A DNA stretch of 64,000 nucleotides from Akkermansiaceae bacterium (GCA_947491475.1 CANLKN010000002.1:6956-70955), one strand, 5' to 3'; shown: positions 8,876 to 19,227, numbered from the stretch's first letter. The notes: generated by a model from the letters alone, not told the origin. Made by a program: numbers and translations.

Positions 8876-10099
8876 ATGGCCCTCATCGTCCAAAAATACG
8901 GCGGCACTTCCGTCGGCACCCTTGATCGTATCCGCAACGTCGCCGCTCGCATGAAGCGTGTCCGCGACGAGGGCAACCAGGTGGTGGCCGTGGTCTCCGC
9001 GATGTCCGGCATCACCGACGGCCTGATCAAGATGGCCAGGGACCTCTCGGGAAACCCGAGCGAGCGCGAGATGGACGTGCTGCTGGCCACCGGCGAGCAG
9101 CAGTCGATCGCGCTGGTCACCATGGCGCTGCAAGACCTCGGTGTGGAAGCGGTTTCCATCACCGGCCGCCAGGCGGGCATCCAGACGACCGGCTCACACA
9201 CCCGCGGCCGAATCCTCAACATGGACCCCTCGTTGATGCGGAAATACCTGGCTGAGGGCAAATCCCTGGTGGTCGCCGGGTTTCAGGGTGTCACGCCGGA
9301 CGGCATGATTCACACACTTGGCCGCGGTGGCTCGGACCTCACCGCCATCGCCGTGGCCGCCGCCCTCAAGGCGGATGTCTGCCAGATCCTCACCGACGTG
9401 GACGGCGTTTACACCTGCGATCCGCGCATCGTCAAAAACGCCCGCAAGCTGCCCGAGATTTCCTATGATGAAATGTTGGAGATGGCATCGTCCGGCTCCA
9501 AGGTCATGCAATCGCGCTCCGTCGAATTCGCCAAGAAATTCGGCGTCGTGTTCGAAGTCCGCTCCTCACTCAACGACAACCCCGGCACCCTCGTGTTAGA
9601 AGAACATCCCAACATGGAAAACGTCGTCATCCGCGGCGTATCGATCGAGCGCTCCCAGGCGCGCCTCACTGTCATCGGCATTCCCGACGAGCCCGGCATG
9701 TCCGGCAAAATCCTCGGTGCCCTTGCGGATGCGGAGATCAACCTGGACATGATCATTTCCAACATCGCGCACGACGGCTTCGCCCGCCACTCGTTCACGA
9801 TGCACAGCAGCGACCTCGGCAAGGCGCAGGCCGCGCTCAAGCCGTTGCTCTCGGAGCTGCCTAACTCAAAACTCGAGACCGAGGCCGGCATTGCCAAGCT
9901 TTCCGCCGTGGGCATCGGCATGCGCTCTCACTCCGGTGTGGCCGCCACCATGTTCAAATCACTCGGCGATGCGGGCATCAACATCGGCATGATTTCCACC
10001 TCGGAAATCAAGATCGCCGTGACGGTGGACGAGACCCGCATCGAGGACGCCGCCCGTGCAGTGCACGACGCCTTCGGGCTCGACAAGGCCCCGGCTTGA
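8876..10099 (+). CDS. lysC: Aspartate kinase
   Basis: MALIVQKYGGTSV, TLGRGGSDLTA, TDVDGVYTCDPR; two ACT domains. Confidence 0.97.
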   Translation: MALIVQKYGGTSVGTLDRIRNVAARMKRVRDEGNQVVAVVSAMSGITDGLIKMARDLSGNPSEREMDVLLATGEQQSIALVTMALQDLGVEAVSITGRQAGIQTTGSHTRGRILNMDPSLMRKYLAEGKSLVVAGFQGVTPDGMIHTLGRGGSDLTAIAVAAALKADVCQILTDVDGVYTCDPRIVKNARKLPEISYDEMLEMASSGSKVMQSRSVEFAKKFGVVFEVRSSLNDNPGTLVLEEHPNMENVVIRGVSIERSQARLTVIGIPDEPGMSGKILGALADAEINLDMIISNIAHDGFARHSFTMHSSDLGKAQAALKPLLSELPNSKLETEAGIAKLSAVGIGMRSHSGVAATMFKSLGDAGINIGMISTSEIKIAVTVDETRIEDAARAVHDAFGLDKAPA

Positions 10100-10102
10100 G
10101 CT

Positions 10103-10167
10103 GGTGCATGTGGACACAGACACCGTCTTTTTATTGCACCTTTTGAAATTGGTGCGAATTTTGCACC
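10103..10167. repeat. Four alternating GGTGC(A/G)/TGCACC half-sites upstream of the TA operon
   Basis: GGTGCA at 10103, TGCACC at 10135, GGTGCG at 10151, TGCACC at 10162 in an AT-rich stretch. Confidence 0.55.
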
Positions 10168-10210
10168 GAAATAGATTGCTGCGCCGGAGACCTGCAAGTA
10201 GGGTGAAGGC

Positions 10211-10525
10211 ATGAGGAAATTGCCAACCAAACCCTCGCACGGTCGTCCTAAAGAGGAGCCAACCGTGCGCATCAGTCCACGTTTTCCGGCATCCACTGCC
10301 GGATTGCTGGAGCGTGCATCGGCACTGCGCGGATTGACCGTCACCGGCTTCGTGTTGGAAGCGGCTCGAACCGCGGCCGAACGCGTGATCGCCGAGGAGT
10401 CCCGCTGGCAGCTCGACGAAGAAGAAACCCGGGAGATGATGCGGCTATTGTCCAATCCGCCGAAACCGAACTCCGCCGCCCGCAAAGCCGAAGCACTTGC
10501 CGCCGATGTCACCATTCGTTCTTGA
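10211..10525 (+). CDS. DUF1778 (TacA/AtaR-like) antitoxin
   Basis: LLERASALRGLTVTGFVLEAARTAAERVI...LLSNPPKPN; directly upstream of and overlapping a GNAT gene. Confidence 0.9.
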   Translation: MRKLPTKPSHGRPKEEPTVRISPRFPASTAGLLERASALRGLTVTGFVLEAARTAAERVIAEESRWQLDEEETREMMRLLSNPPKPNSAARKAEALAADVTIRS

Positions 10526-11012
10526 GTTGCTTGATGCTTCACATGACCGGAAATCGTTTTCATCCGGGCTTGCATCGGTGGACGACTATTTGAAGCAAAC
10601 CGCCCGCGGCCATACCGACAAGGGCGTTAGTCTCACACGCGTGTTGGTGGTGGCGGATTCGATGGCACCCAAACCGATTCTTGGATTCTTCACCCTCACG
10701 CCATGCATGGTCGAGGCCGCCGGTTGGCCGGAAGTGCCAAAAGGACTGCCACGCAATCCGGTGGGCGCTGTTTTGCTGGGCAGGCTGGCGGTGGATGCAT
10801 CGATGCACGGCCATGGCATCGCGACCCGCCTCCTGGCGCTGGCGCGCCGCATCGCGGCCGGCTCGTTGCTGGCGACGGGCGGCATCGGAATGGTGGTTGA
10901 TGCCGCCACGGTGGAACTGGTCGGGTTCTACCAACGATACGGATTCCGAAGCATTGCGGAGGACTCAATGCGGTTGTTCCTGCCAACCCGCTCCTTGATC
11001 ACAGATCCTTAG
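10506..11012 (+). CDS. GNAT acetyltransferase toxin (TacT/AtaT-like)
   Basis: HDRKSFSSG..VDDYLK, LLGRLAVD..HGHGIA, VVDA..FYQRYGF. Confidence 0.9.
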   Translation: MSPFVLELLDASHDRKSFSSGLASVDDYLKQTARGHTDKGVSLTRVLVVADSMAPKPILGFFTLTPCMVEAAGWPEVPKGLPRNPVGAVLLGRLAVDASMHGHGIATRLLALARRIAAGSLLATGGIGMVVDAATVELVGFYQRYGFRSIAEDSMRLFLPTRSLITDP

Positions 11013-11053
11013 GAATGGAAGGCTTGATCCTTTACTCATACGCTGCGGGCCTC

Positions 11054-12427
11054 TCACCTCACTCTCTCCAACAACCACGGCAGCAGCGCATCGATCTTCA
11101 TCCGCTCCTGTTCCATTGAGTCGCGGTGGCGGATGGTCACGGTATCCTTGAGTTCCTCGCCGTTTTCGCCGAGCGTATCGAAGTCCACCGTCACGCAGAA
11201 CGGCGTGCCCACCTCGTCCTGGCGGCGGTAGCGGCGGCCGATCGCTCCGCCGTCGTCGTAGAAAACGGGCATCCACTTTTGCAGCGATTTCTGGATTTCC
11301 CTGGCGATACGCACCTGCTCCTCGTTCTTCTTGAGCATCGGGAAAATGCCCACCTTGATGGGAGCCATCGCGGGCTTGAAGCGCAGCACGGTGCGGATGT
11401 CCTCCTTGCCCTTGTCGTCCGTTAGAGTCTCTTCATCGAAGGCCTCGCAAATGAGAGCGAGCACCGTGCGGTCGCAGCCGGCGGAGGGCTCCACCACGTG
11501 CGGGAGAAACTTCTGTTTGGTTTCCTCGTCGAAGTATTCGAGCGGCTTTCCCGCGCCATTCTGGTGGACCTTGAGATCGTAGTTGGTGCGGTAGGCCACG
11601 CCTTCGAGCTCCTGGATGCCGAAAGGAAACTCATACTCGATGTCATAGGTCTTCTTCGAGTAGAACGCACGCTCGCCATCGGGCACGTCGAGGATGTGGA
11701 GTTTTTCGCGCGGGATGCCGATTTCCTCATAGAAATTGAGGCGCGTTTCCAACCACTCGTCGGTGAGGCGCATGCCGTCGTCCGGGTGGCAGAAGTATTC
11801 GATCTCCATTTGCTCGAACTCGCGCGAGCGGAAGGTGAAATTGCGCGGGTTGATCTCGTTGCGGAACGACTTGCCGACCTGGGCGATACCGAAGGGCAGC
11901 TTGATCCGGTTGGAATCGAGCACGTTCTTGTATTGCACGAAGATCGACTGTGCGGTCTCCGGGCGCAGATAGGCGATTTGTTCGCCGGTGGCGCCGAAGT
12001 TGGTCTGCAGCATCAGGTTGAACTGGCGCGGTTCGGTGAGTTCGCATTTCGGCGACTGGCCGGGGCAGACGCTGGGTTTCTCCTTGCACTGGGAGGTTTC
12101 CAGATTGTCCGCTCGGAAGCGGCCCTTGCAGGTCTTGCAATCGACCATCGGATCGGAAAACCCGCCGACGTGGCCGGAGGAAACGAGCACTTGCTCCATG
12201 GTCAGGATGGAGCCGTCCATGCCGAGCACGTCATCGCGCTCCTGCACGGTCTTGCGCCACCAGTAGTCCTTGAGGTTGCGCTTGAGTTCGGCACCGAGCG
12301 GGCCGTAATCCCACACGCCGTTGAGGCCGCCGTAGAGCTCGCCAGCTTGGAAAATGAAGCCGCGGCGTTTGCACAGCGATACGATTTTCTCCATGCGGGC
12401 GGGATCGGTGACGTCTTTGTTGGCCAT
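11054..12427 (-). CDS. glyQS: Glycine--tRNA ligase (alpha2 type)
   Basis: LCKRRGF, YLRPETAQ, GKSFRNEI, FRSREFEQME, IGRRYRRQDEVGTP. Confidence 0.97.
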   Translation of the reverse strand: MANKDVTDPARMEKIVSLCKRRGFIFQAGELYGGLNGVWDYGPLGAELKRNLKDYWWRKTVQERDDVLGMDGSILTMEQVLVSSGHVGGFSDPMVDCKTCKGRFRADNLETSQCKEKPSVCPGQSPKCELTEPRQFNLMLQTNFGATGEQIAYLRPETAQSIFVQYKNVLDSNRIKLPFGIAQVGKSFRNEINPRNFTFRSREFEQMEIEYFCHPDDGMRLTDEWLETRLNFYEEIGIPREKLHILDVPDGERAFYSKKTYDIEYEFPFGIQELEGVAYRTNYDLKVHQNGAGKPLEYFDEETKQKFLPHVVEPSAGCDRTVLALICEAFDEETLTDDKGKEDIRTVLRFKPAMAPIKVGIFPMLKKNEEQVRIAREIQKSLQKWMPVFYDDGGAIGRRYRRQDEVGTPFCVTVDFDTLGENGEELKDTVTIRHRDSMEQERMKIDALLPWLLERVR

Positions 12428-12578
12428 GAATTTGAGGGATGGGCGCGGATGGAAACAGGCGGCGCGGCCCGCGGCAAGGCGCGATTCATCCAGCATTTGG
12501 CCCTTTGCCCCGCAGACGATGAATTCCATGGTGAATTCCATGGTTGGCGGATCTGCCGCTTGGCGCTATCTTTCCCGC

Positions 12579-13145
12579 ATGCCAGCCGACCCCTCGAAAT
12601 CCGATTCCCCGGTGCTCTTGCGCGGGAGTCTCCTGATTGCCGATCCCTCGTTGCGGGACGGCACTTTTGACCGCTCGGTGATCCTGCTCACCTCGCACGG
12701 AGTCGAGGAGGGAGCCGCCGGCCTGATCCTCAACCACCCGACCGGCAAGGTGGTGGGCGATTTCCTGAAAGGGGAGGAATTTACGTCGCTGCGGCATCTG
12801 GCGGTGCATGAAGGCGGGCCGGTCATGCGCGAACAAATGACATTTTCCTCATTCTGGTGGAGCCGCAAACTCGGGCTGCGCTGGGCGATGCGCATCTCCG
12901 CCAAACAGGCGGCCGAGCACGCCCACAAGCCCGGCCGCATCGTGCGCGCCTTCATCGGCTACTCCGGATGGAGTCCCGGCCAGCTCGAAAACGAGCTCAA
13001 GCGCCAGTCGTGGTTCCCCGTCAAACCGCAGTCCAGCCTGCTCGGCCAGGCGCACGATCTCAGCCTGTGGGCTGAACTGCTGCGCGGCATGTCGCCGCTG
13101 CACCGCATCCTGGCAGAGGCCCCGCAGGATCCTTTCCTAAATTGA
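12579..13145 (+). CDS. YqgE/AlgH family protein
   Basis: LLIADPSLRDGTFDRSVILL, GGPV, GYSGWSPGQLENEL. Confidence 0.9.
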   Translation: MPADPSKSDSPVLLRGSLLIADPSLRDGTFDRSVILLTSHGVEEGAAGLILNHPTGKVVGDFLKGEEFTSLRHLAVHEGGPVMREQMTFSSFWWSRKLGLRWAMRISAKQAAEHAHKPGRIVRAFIGYSGWSPGQLENELKRQSWFPVKPQSSLLGQAHDLSLWAELLRGMSPLHRILAEAPQDPFLN

Positions 13146-13226
13146 CCGGGAATGCGGGATTGCCGCGCGCGCTTTCCGCGCCTTCACTGCGTGCCGCCGC
13201 GTTTCCAGAAAATCCATCCTCATTCC

Positions 13227-14432
13227 ATGTCCGCCACCGAGAGCCTGTTCAGTCCCATCGATGAAATCATCGCCGAAATCGCCGCCGGCCGCATGGTGGT
13301 CTGCGCCGATGATCCATCGCGCGAAAACGAGCTCGACCTGATCTGCGCCGCCTCATTGTGCACCGCGGAAATGGTCAATTTCATGGCCGTCCACGGCCGC
13401 GGGCTGATCTGTGCGCCGCTGCCCGCACCGCGCACCGAGGAGCTCGACCTGCCGCAAATGACACGCCGCAACCACGAGGGCCAGAAAACCGCCTTCACCG
13501 TGAGCGTGGATGCCGCCAAGGGCATCACCACCGGCATTTCCGCCGCCGACCGCGCCCACACCCTGCGCCTGCTCGCAGACCCCGCGGCCCATGCCGATGC
13601 CTTCGTGCGGCCCGGCCACATTTTCCCGCTGCGCGCCATGCCCGATGGCGTGCTGCGCCGCGCCGGCCACACCGAGGCCTCCATCGACCTCACCCGCCTC
13701 GCCGGCCTGCCCGAAGCCGCCGTGATTTGTGAAATCATCAACGACGACGGCACCATGGCCCGCGTCGGCGACCTCGCCGCCTATCAGAAACGCCACGGCT
13801 TCAAGGCCTGCACCATCGCCCAGCTCATCGAATACCGCCGCCGCCGGGAAAAACTCGTGGTGCGCGAGGAAACCGTCCAAATGCCCACCGACTTCGGCGA
13901 GTTCGACTGCCATCTCTACCGCGTGTCCACCGATGGCAGCCATCACCTTGCCTTAAGCCGGGGTGACATCGATCCGGAAAAACCCACGCTCGTCCGCGTG
14001 CATTCCGAATGCCTCACTGGCGATGTGTTTCACTCACAGCGCTGCGACTGTGGCGGCCAGCTTGCCGCCGCGCTCGAGCACATCTCCAAGGAAGGCGGAG
14101 TTTTATTATATCTCCGCCAGGAAGGCCGTGGCATCGGACTGCCCGCCAAAATCCACGCCTACAAACTCCAGGAGCAGGGACTCGATACCATCGAAGCCAA
14201 TGAAAAACTCGGCTTCGCCTCCGACCTCCGCGACTACGGCATGGGCGCGCAGATCCTCTGCGATCTGGGTGTGCGCCGCATGCGGCTGCTCACCAACAAT
14301 CCGAAAAAAGTCATCGGCCTCGATGGCTACGGGCTGGAAATCGTCGAGCAACTCCCGATTTCCCTGCCTGCCAATCCACACAACGAGAGATATCTGGAAA
14401 CCAAGCGCACCCGCATGGGCCACACGATCTGA
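13227..14432 (+). CDS. ribBA: Bifunctional DHBP synthase / GTP cyclohydrolase II
   Basis: DDPSRENE, FTVSVDA, RAGHTEA, RVHSECLTGD, RCDCG, QEGRGIG. Confidence 0.97.
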   Translation: MSATESLFSPIDEIIAEIAAGRMVVCADDPSRENELDLICAASLCTAEMVNFMAVHGRGLICAPLPAPRTEELDLPQMTRRNHEGQKTAFTVSVDAAKGITTGISAADRAHTLRLLADPAAHADAFVRPGHIFPLRAMPDGVLRRAGHTEASIDLTRLAGLPEAAVICEIINDDGTMARVGDLAAYQKRHGFKACTIAQLIEYRRRREKLVVREETVQMPTDFGEFDCHLYRVSTDGSHHLALSRGDIDPEKPTLVRVHSECLTGDVFHSQRCDCGGQLAAALEHISKEGGVLLYLRQEGRGIGLPAKIHAYKLQEQGLDTIEANEKLGFASDLRDYGMGAQILCDLGVRRMRLLTNNPKKVIGLDGYGLEIVEQLPISLPANPHNERYLETKRTRMGHTI

Positions 14433-14473
14433 TGCGCGCGGTGACGCGCTGGATCGGGGAATTGGAAATAGGA

Positions 14474-15788
14474 TCAGGTATCGATGAAGAACTTCTGCAA
14501 CGTCTGCGCCAATGCTTCCTTGCGAAGCGGCTTGGGCAGAAAGCCATTCATGCCGGCAGCCAAGCAGAGTTCCACATCGTATGGCTGGACATTGGCAGTG
14601 AGCGCAATGATCGGCACCGGGCGCAGCCGCTGAGCGCTCTGGAGCCGGCGGATTTCGCGGGTGGCATCGAAGCCATCCATCACCGGCATTTGGCAGTCCA
14701 TCAGGATCAACTGGTAGCCATCGTCCGCCGCGCGGGCCACCGCCTCGGCTCCGTTGCAGGCGAGCTCCACGGTCACTCCCAACTGCTCGAGCATCAGCCT
14801 CACGACCGTCCGGTTGGTCTCGTTGTCCTCTACGACCAATACCCGTCCGATGAGTTGCTTCATTTTCTGGGAAGCGGGCGGAGCGACGACTGCTTCCGGC
14901 GGTGGCGCAGCGAGAGGCAGCGGCAATGAGAAATGGAATTCAGAACCACCTTCCACACAGTTGCGGGCCGAAATTTCGCCTCCCATCAATTCCAACAGCG
15001 AGCGTGAAATCGCCAAGCCGAGCCCGGTGCCATCATGGCGGCGTTTGGAGGAGTCGTCACCTTGGCTGAACGGCTCAAAGATCTGGGTGAGCAGGTCGTC
15101 CGAAATACCGATGCCGGTATCCGCAACCGTCACTTTCAACAGGATGCCAGGCTCCACACCGACGGATGGTGCACTCTCCACGCGAACGGCGACCCACCCG
15201 TTGTCGGTGAACTTGATCGCGTTGCCGATCAGATTGATGAGGATCTGGCGCAGACGACCCGCATCACCGAGTAGCCACTCCGGCAGGTCCGGCGGTAGAG
15301 TCACCTCGAACGCAAGATCTTTGGCTTCCGAGCGGATCCTCATCAGTGCGGCCACCGCACGGAACAACGGTTCCAATTGGAATTCACTGTGTTCGATGCT
15401 TACCTTGCCAGCCTCGATTTTTGATAGGTCGAGAATCTCGCCAATCACGTCGAGAAGCGCGGTCGCGGATTTATCCGCGTTGATAACGAGTTGTTGCTGC
15501 TCCTCGGTCAGCGGGGTGTCGCGCAGGATTTGCAGCATGCCCAGCACACCGTTCATGGGCGTGCGGATTTCATGGCTCATGTTGGCCACGAAAATGCTTT
15601 TGGCACGGCTGGCGGCCTCCGCATGTTCGCGGGCCATGCGCTGGAGATTGCCGGCTTCGATCAACTGCTGCTCCAGTTCCTTTTGCTGGCTCATGTCGAA
15701 GTGGGTGCCTACGAACCGATGGACCTTGCCGTCCGCACTGCGCAGCGCCCGGCCGCGGGCGAGGATCCAGACATAGTGGCCCGCTTTT
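14474..15788 (-). pseudogene. Hybrid sensor histidine kinase (partial PAS-HisKA-HATPase-REC), 5'-truncated
   Basis: FVANMSHEIRTPMNG, NLIGNAIKFT, DTGIG, GTGLGL, REC domain MDCQMP. Homology starts mid-PAS (GHYVWILARG) at the junction with AT-rich DNA. Confidence 0.8.
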
Positions 15789-15789
15789 T

Positions 15790-16782
15790 TTGCTCTTTGT
15801 ATTTCTGATTCCTTGCTCCAGCAAAGCCGAAGTTGGAATTCAAACCACCACTCCAAAATCTACTTTTGAAATCAATGGATCATTCGCGCAAAAAGTCACC
15901 ACGGTCACAGCCAACACGACTTTAACCATCGATAACGGCATTGTGATTTGCAATAATGCAGCAACCGCAATCACCATCACATTGCCGACTGCGGCTGGAA
16001 TCGACGGTCGGATTTACACCATTAAAAGGAATGCCGCCAGCACTGCGAATGTCACCATTGATGTGGCTGGCGCGGGCACCATTAATGGTGCTGCAAATTT
16101 AACTTTAATGACTGCCGGGCAAACCGAAACCATTTTCAGTGATGGCGCTGAATGGAAGTCGTTGAGCAACGATGCCTTTGGCGGAGCAACTGGACACACC
16201 AAATTCGAGGCGGATGGAACCATGGTATCGAATGGTGCTGCCACCACATGGGACGATATCATGGTTTTCCCTGATGCCACAAGCAAGGGGGCCAGTGCAC
16301 CTACGAGGAAAGAATTTAAAAATAACGTTACTCTTTGGTGGTTTTCTGCATCGATTGTTCAGGATGTTCAGGAAGTTCATTTCACCGTTCAATTGCCACA
16401 TAGTTACAAAATAGGAACCCCTCTCGGGCCGCATGTGCACTGGACCACTACCACGGGAACGCCAAGCAATACAAACGGCAGGGTTGTTTGGGGCTTGGAA
16501 TACACGGTAATGTCGATTGGCGGAGCATTCCCAGCTACCACCACAATCACTGGCGACCAAGTCATCAGTACAATTTCAATCGCTAACACCGGGCAGCACC
16601 TGATTACCGCTTTGCCCCAAATTCCAAGCACAAACCTTGGCATCAGTGCGGTCCTCGTTTGCAGGTTGTTTCGAAATGCTAGTGCGACTGAGGATGATTT
16701 CGCCTCTCCTGCAGGATTGCTTGGGTTTGACATCCATTTCGAAAAAGACACTCAGGGCAGCAGAAATGAATTCATTAAGTAG
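15790..16782 (+). CDS. Low-GC, Thr-rich exported beta-strand protein, probably 5'-truncated and horizontally acquired
   Basis: Partial signal peptide then VGIQTTTPKSTFEINGS (Bacteroidota-like VGIGTTTP motif) and EVHFTVQLPHSYK..PHVHW; many A/T-ending codons; no ATG start. Confidence 0.7.
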   Translation: MLFVFLIPCSSKAEVGIQTTTPKSTFEINGSFAQKVTTVTANTTLTIDNGIVICNNAATAITITLPTAAGIDGRIYTIKRNAASTANVTIDVAGAGTINGAANLTLMTAGQTETIFSDGAEWKSLSNDAFGGATGHTKFEADGTMVSNGAATTWDDIMVFPDATSKGASAPTRKEFKNNVTLWWFSASIVQDVQEVHFTVQLPHSYKIGTPLGPHVHWTTTTGTPSNTNGRVVWGLEYTVMSIGGAFPATTTITGDQVISTISIANTGQHLITALPQIPSTNLGISAVLVCRLFRNASATEDDFASPAGLLGFDIHFEKDTQGSRNEFIK

Positions 16783-17037
16783 TCCGTGGAACCCGTGTTG
16801 AATTGCTAGGATATTGCTTCTCGAGTGAAGGCGGATGTCAGAGTCGTTGGTCGGCCCTGATTACGTGATTAGTGCCATGATCGGTCAAATTCAGGGGCAT
16901 GGGAGCGGATTAGCCTGGTGGCCAGTCTGGTCAGCCTCGGCGTTGCTGCTCCCGGGGCTGCGCTTGACCTGAGCCTGGGCTTTGCCGACAGCTTGGCCGG
17001 CTTGACCAATGGTTCTCTCTATCTGCGCAAAGCGGGC

Positions 17038-17658
17038 TCAGCCAAACAATTCGCGGCACAAGAGGCATGATTTCCCATCGCAACCGCGCGCGGTGCAGTG
17101 TTCGCGGCCGTAGAAGATGATTTGGAGATGAAGCTTGTTCCATGACTCGCGCGGGAAGAGTTTTTTCAAATCGTGCTCGACCTGTTCGACGTTTTTGCCG
17201 GGGCTGAGTTTCCAGCGTTTGGCGAGGCGGTGGATGTGGGTGTCCACCGGAAACGCAGCCACACCGAAAGCCTGGGCCATCACCACGGAGGCCGTCTTGT
17301 GGCCGACGCCGGGCAACGCTTCCAGCGCCGCGAAGTCTGCGGGCACTTCTCCTCCGTGTTGCTCAACGATGATTTTCGAGAGCCCGGAAATCGCCACGGA
17401 CTTGCGCGGCGAAAGGCCGCATGGATGGATGATTTCGCGGATCTGCTCGACGGGCACTTTCATCATTGCGTGTGGATTGTCCGCCAGTGCGAACAACGCG
17501 GGTGTGACCCGGTTGACACGGACATCGGTGCATTGCGCGGAGAGCAGCACCGCGACGAGCAAAGTGTAGGCGTCCGTGTGGTCGAGCGGGATGGGCGTTT
17601 CCGGATAGAGTTGTTCGAGCCGGTGGTGGACGTGCCGGGCGCGTTCTTGCTTGAGCAT
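17038..17658 (-). CDS. nth: Endonuclease III
   Basis: LLSAQCTD, HhH LPGVGHKTA, PVDTHIHR, C-terminal Cys cluster. Confidence 0.95.
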   Translation of the reverse strand: MLKQERARHVHHRLEQLYPETPIPLDHTDAYTLLVAVLLSAQCTDVRVNRVTPALFALADNPHAMMKVPVEQIREIIHPCGLSPRKSVAISGLSKIIVEQHGGEVPADFAALEALPGVGHKTASVVMAQAFGVAAFPVDTHIHRLAKRWKLSPGKNVEQVEHDLKKLFPRESWNKLHLQIIFYGREHCTARGCDGKSCLLCRELFG

Positions 17659-18110
17659 GGTGCGCAGTGTTTCCTGCCGCGGATGCCGTGAAAAGCGCGG
17701 AAATCGCAAGCCTCAGACATCATGATCTGGGAGGAAACGACATGAGCCGGGTTGGACAAGGTCATATCATTTCCTGGATGATGACCTCAACCCCGGTAGA
17801 GACCAGGATGTCTGAGCCTTCCACTGACTTGTGGCAACGCGGGCGGGATAACTTGCCGCCCGCCACCAAAGCGCATGCAGAGACATCCGCGTAGGGGACG
17901 AGCAGTAACAATACGCCCGGTTCCTCGCAGACCATCCGCCATGCTTCGATGGGGCCGTCGATGAAACGCAGGCCATGCAGTTCCTTGGGCAGTGCGGCAA
18001 GCACGGCGGGTTTGCTCTGGTCGGCAAGAGACCTGCGTCTTGGTATCGAATGAAAAGAAGTCGGTGCACTTCAGTAAAAACACGAGAAGCGAAAATAATC
18101 TAAATTCCGC

Positions 18111-18142
18111 GCATTTCTGCGTTTCCGCATTCCCGCATTTCG
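18111..18142 (+). repeat. Four degenerate octamer tandem repeats upstream of prfA
   Basis: GCATTTCT GCGTTTCC GCATTCCC GCATTTCG. Confidence 0.7.
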
Positions 18143-18159
18143 GGTTTCACTCCCGCCCC

Positions 18160-19227
18160 GTGGATTACCAGTCCCTCATTGCCAAACGCCGCGATCGCTT
18201 TTCCGAACTCGAGGAAGCGGTCGGCGATCCGGATTTGTTCGCTGATCCACAGCGCGCCACAGGCATTCTGCGTGAGCACCGCAAGCTCCGACAAACTCTC
18301 GATCTCTGGGAAAAACTCGAAGACGCAAAACGCCATCTCGCCGACAACCAGGAGCTCGCGAAGACCGAGGACCCTGAATTTTCAGCCATGGCCGCCGAGG
18401 AAATTCCAGCGTTGGAGAAATCCATCGCCGTTCTTTCAGAAGACCTGCAATACGCGCTGCTGCCCGCCGACCCGAACGAAGACCGCGACGCGCTGATTGA
18501 AATCCGCGCCGGTGCCGGTGGCGACGAGGCCTCGCTCTTCGCCGCACAACTGATGCGTGCCTATCAACGCTACGCCGATCTGCGCGGATGGAAGTGCGAG
18601 CACTTGGAGAGCAGCCCGTCCGAAGTCGGCGGCTTCAAGGAGGTGATCCTTAAAATCACCGGCTGCGAGGTGTTTCGTTTTCTCAAATACGAATCCGGTG
18701 TTCACCGCGTCCAGCGCGTGCCGGCCACCGAAACCCAAGGCAGAGTCCACACCTCCACCATCACTGTGGCCGTGCTGCCGGAGGCCGAGGAAGTGGATGT
18801 GGAACTCAAACCCGACGACCTCCGCATCGAGGTCTGCCGTGCCGGCGGCGCAGGCGGCCAGCACGTCAACCGTACCGAATCCGCGGTACAGATTTTCCAC
18901 CTTCCCACCGGGCTCTACGTCCGCTGCGAGGAAGGCCGTTCGCAAATCAAAAACAAGGAACTCGCGCTACAAATCCTCCGATCAAAACTCTACGAACAAA
19001 AACTCCGGGATCAACAGGACGCCTACTCATCCCACCGTCGCGCGTTGATCGGTTCCGGCGACCGTTCGGAAAAAATACGCACTTACAATTTTCCGCAGTC
19101 GCGCATCACCGATCACCGCATCGGCCTTACTTCGCACAACCTGGCTGGCGTGATGGCCGGCGATTTTTCCGAATTCACCGCCGCGCTCCAGAAGGCCGAA
19201 ATGGCCGAGCGGCTTGCGGAGATCTGA
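18160..19227 (+). CDS. prfA: Peptide chain release factor 1
   Basis: GVHRVQRVPATE (PxT motif), GAGGQHVN, RTYNFPQ; GTG start. Confidence 0.97.
   Translation: MDYQSLIAKRRDRFSELEEAVGDPDLFADPQRATGILREHRKLRQTLDLWEKLEDAKRHLADNQELAKTEDPEFSAMAAEEIPALEKSIAVLSEDLQYALLPADPNEDRDALIEIRAGAGGDEASLFAAQLMRAYQRYADLRGWKCEHLESSPSEVGGFKEVILKITGCEVFRFLKYESGVHRVQRVPATETQGRVHTSTITVAVLPEAEEVDVELKPDDLRIEVCRAGGAGGQHVNRTESAVQIFHLPTGLYVRCEEGRSQIKNKELALQILRSKLYEQKLRDQQDAYSSHRRALIGSGDRSEKIRTYNFPQSRITDHRIGLTSHNLAGVMAGDFSEFTAALQKAEMAERLAEI

Noticed and set aside
16877..17037. Short hydrophobic reading frame (SLVASLVSLGVAAPGAA..) that could be a signal-peptide remnant
   Set aside because: No in-frame start and no recognisable domain; cannot be supported.
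17762..18083. Small overlapping minus-strand ORFs between nth and prfA
   Set aside because: No recognisable family and no convincing start; possibly debris.
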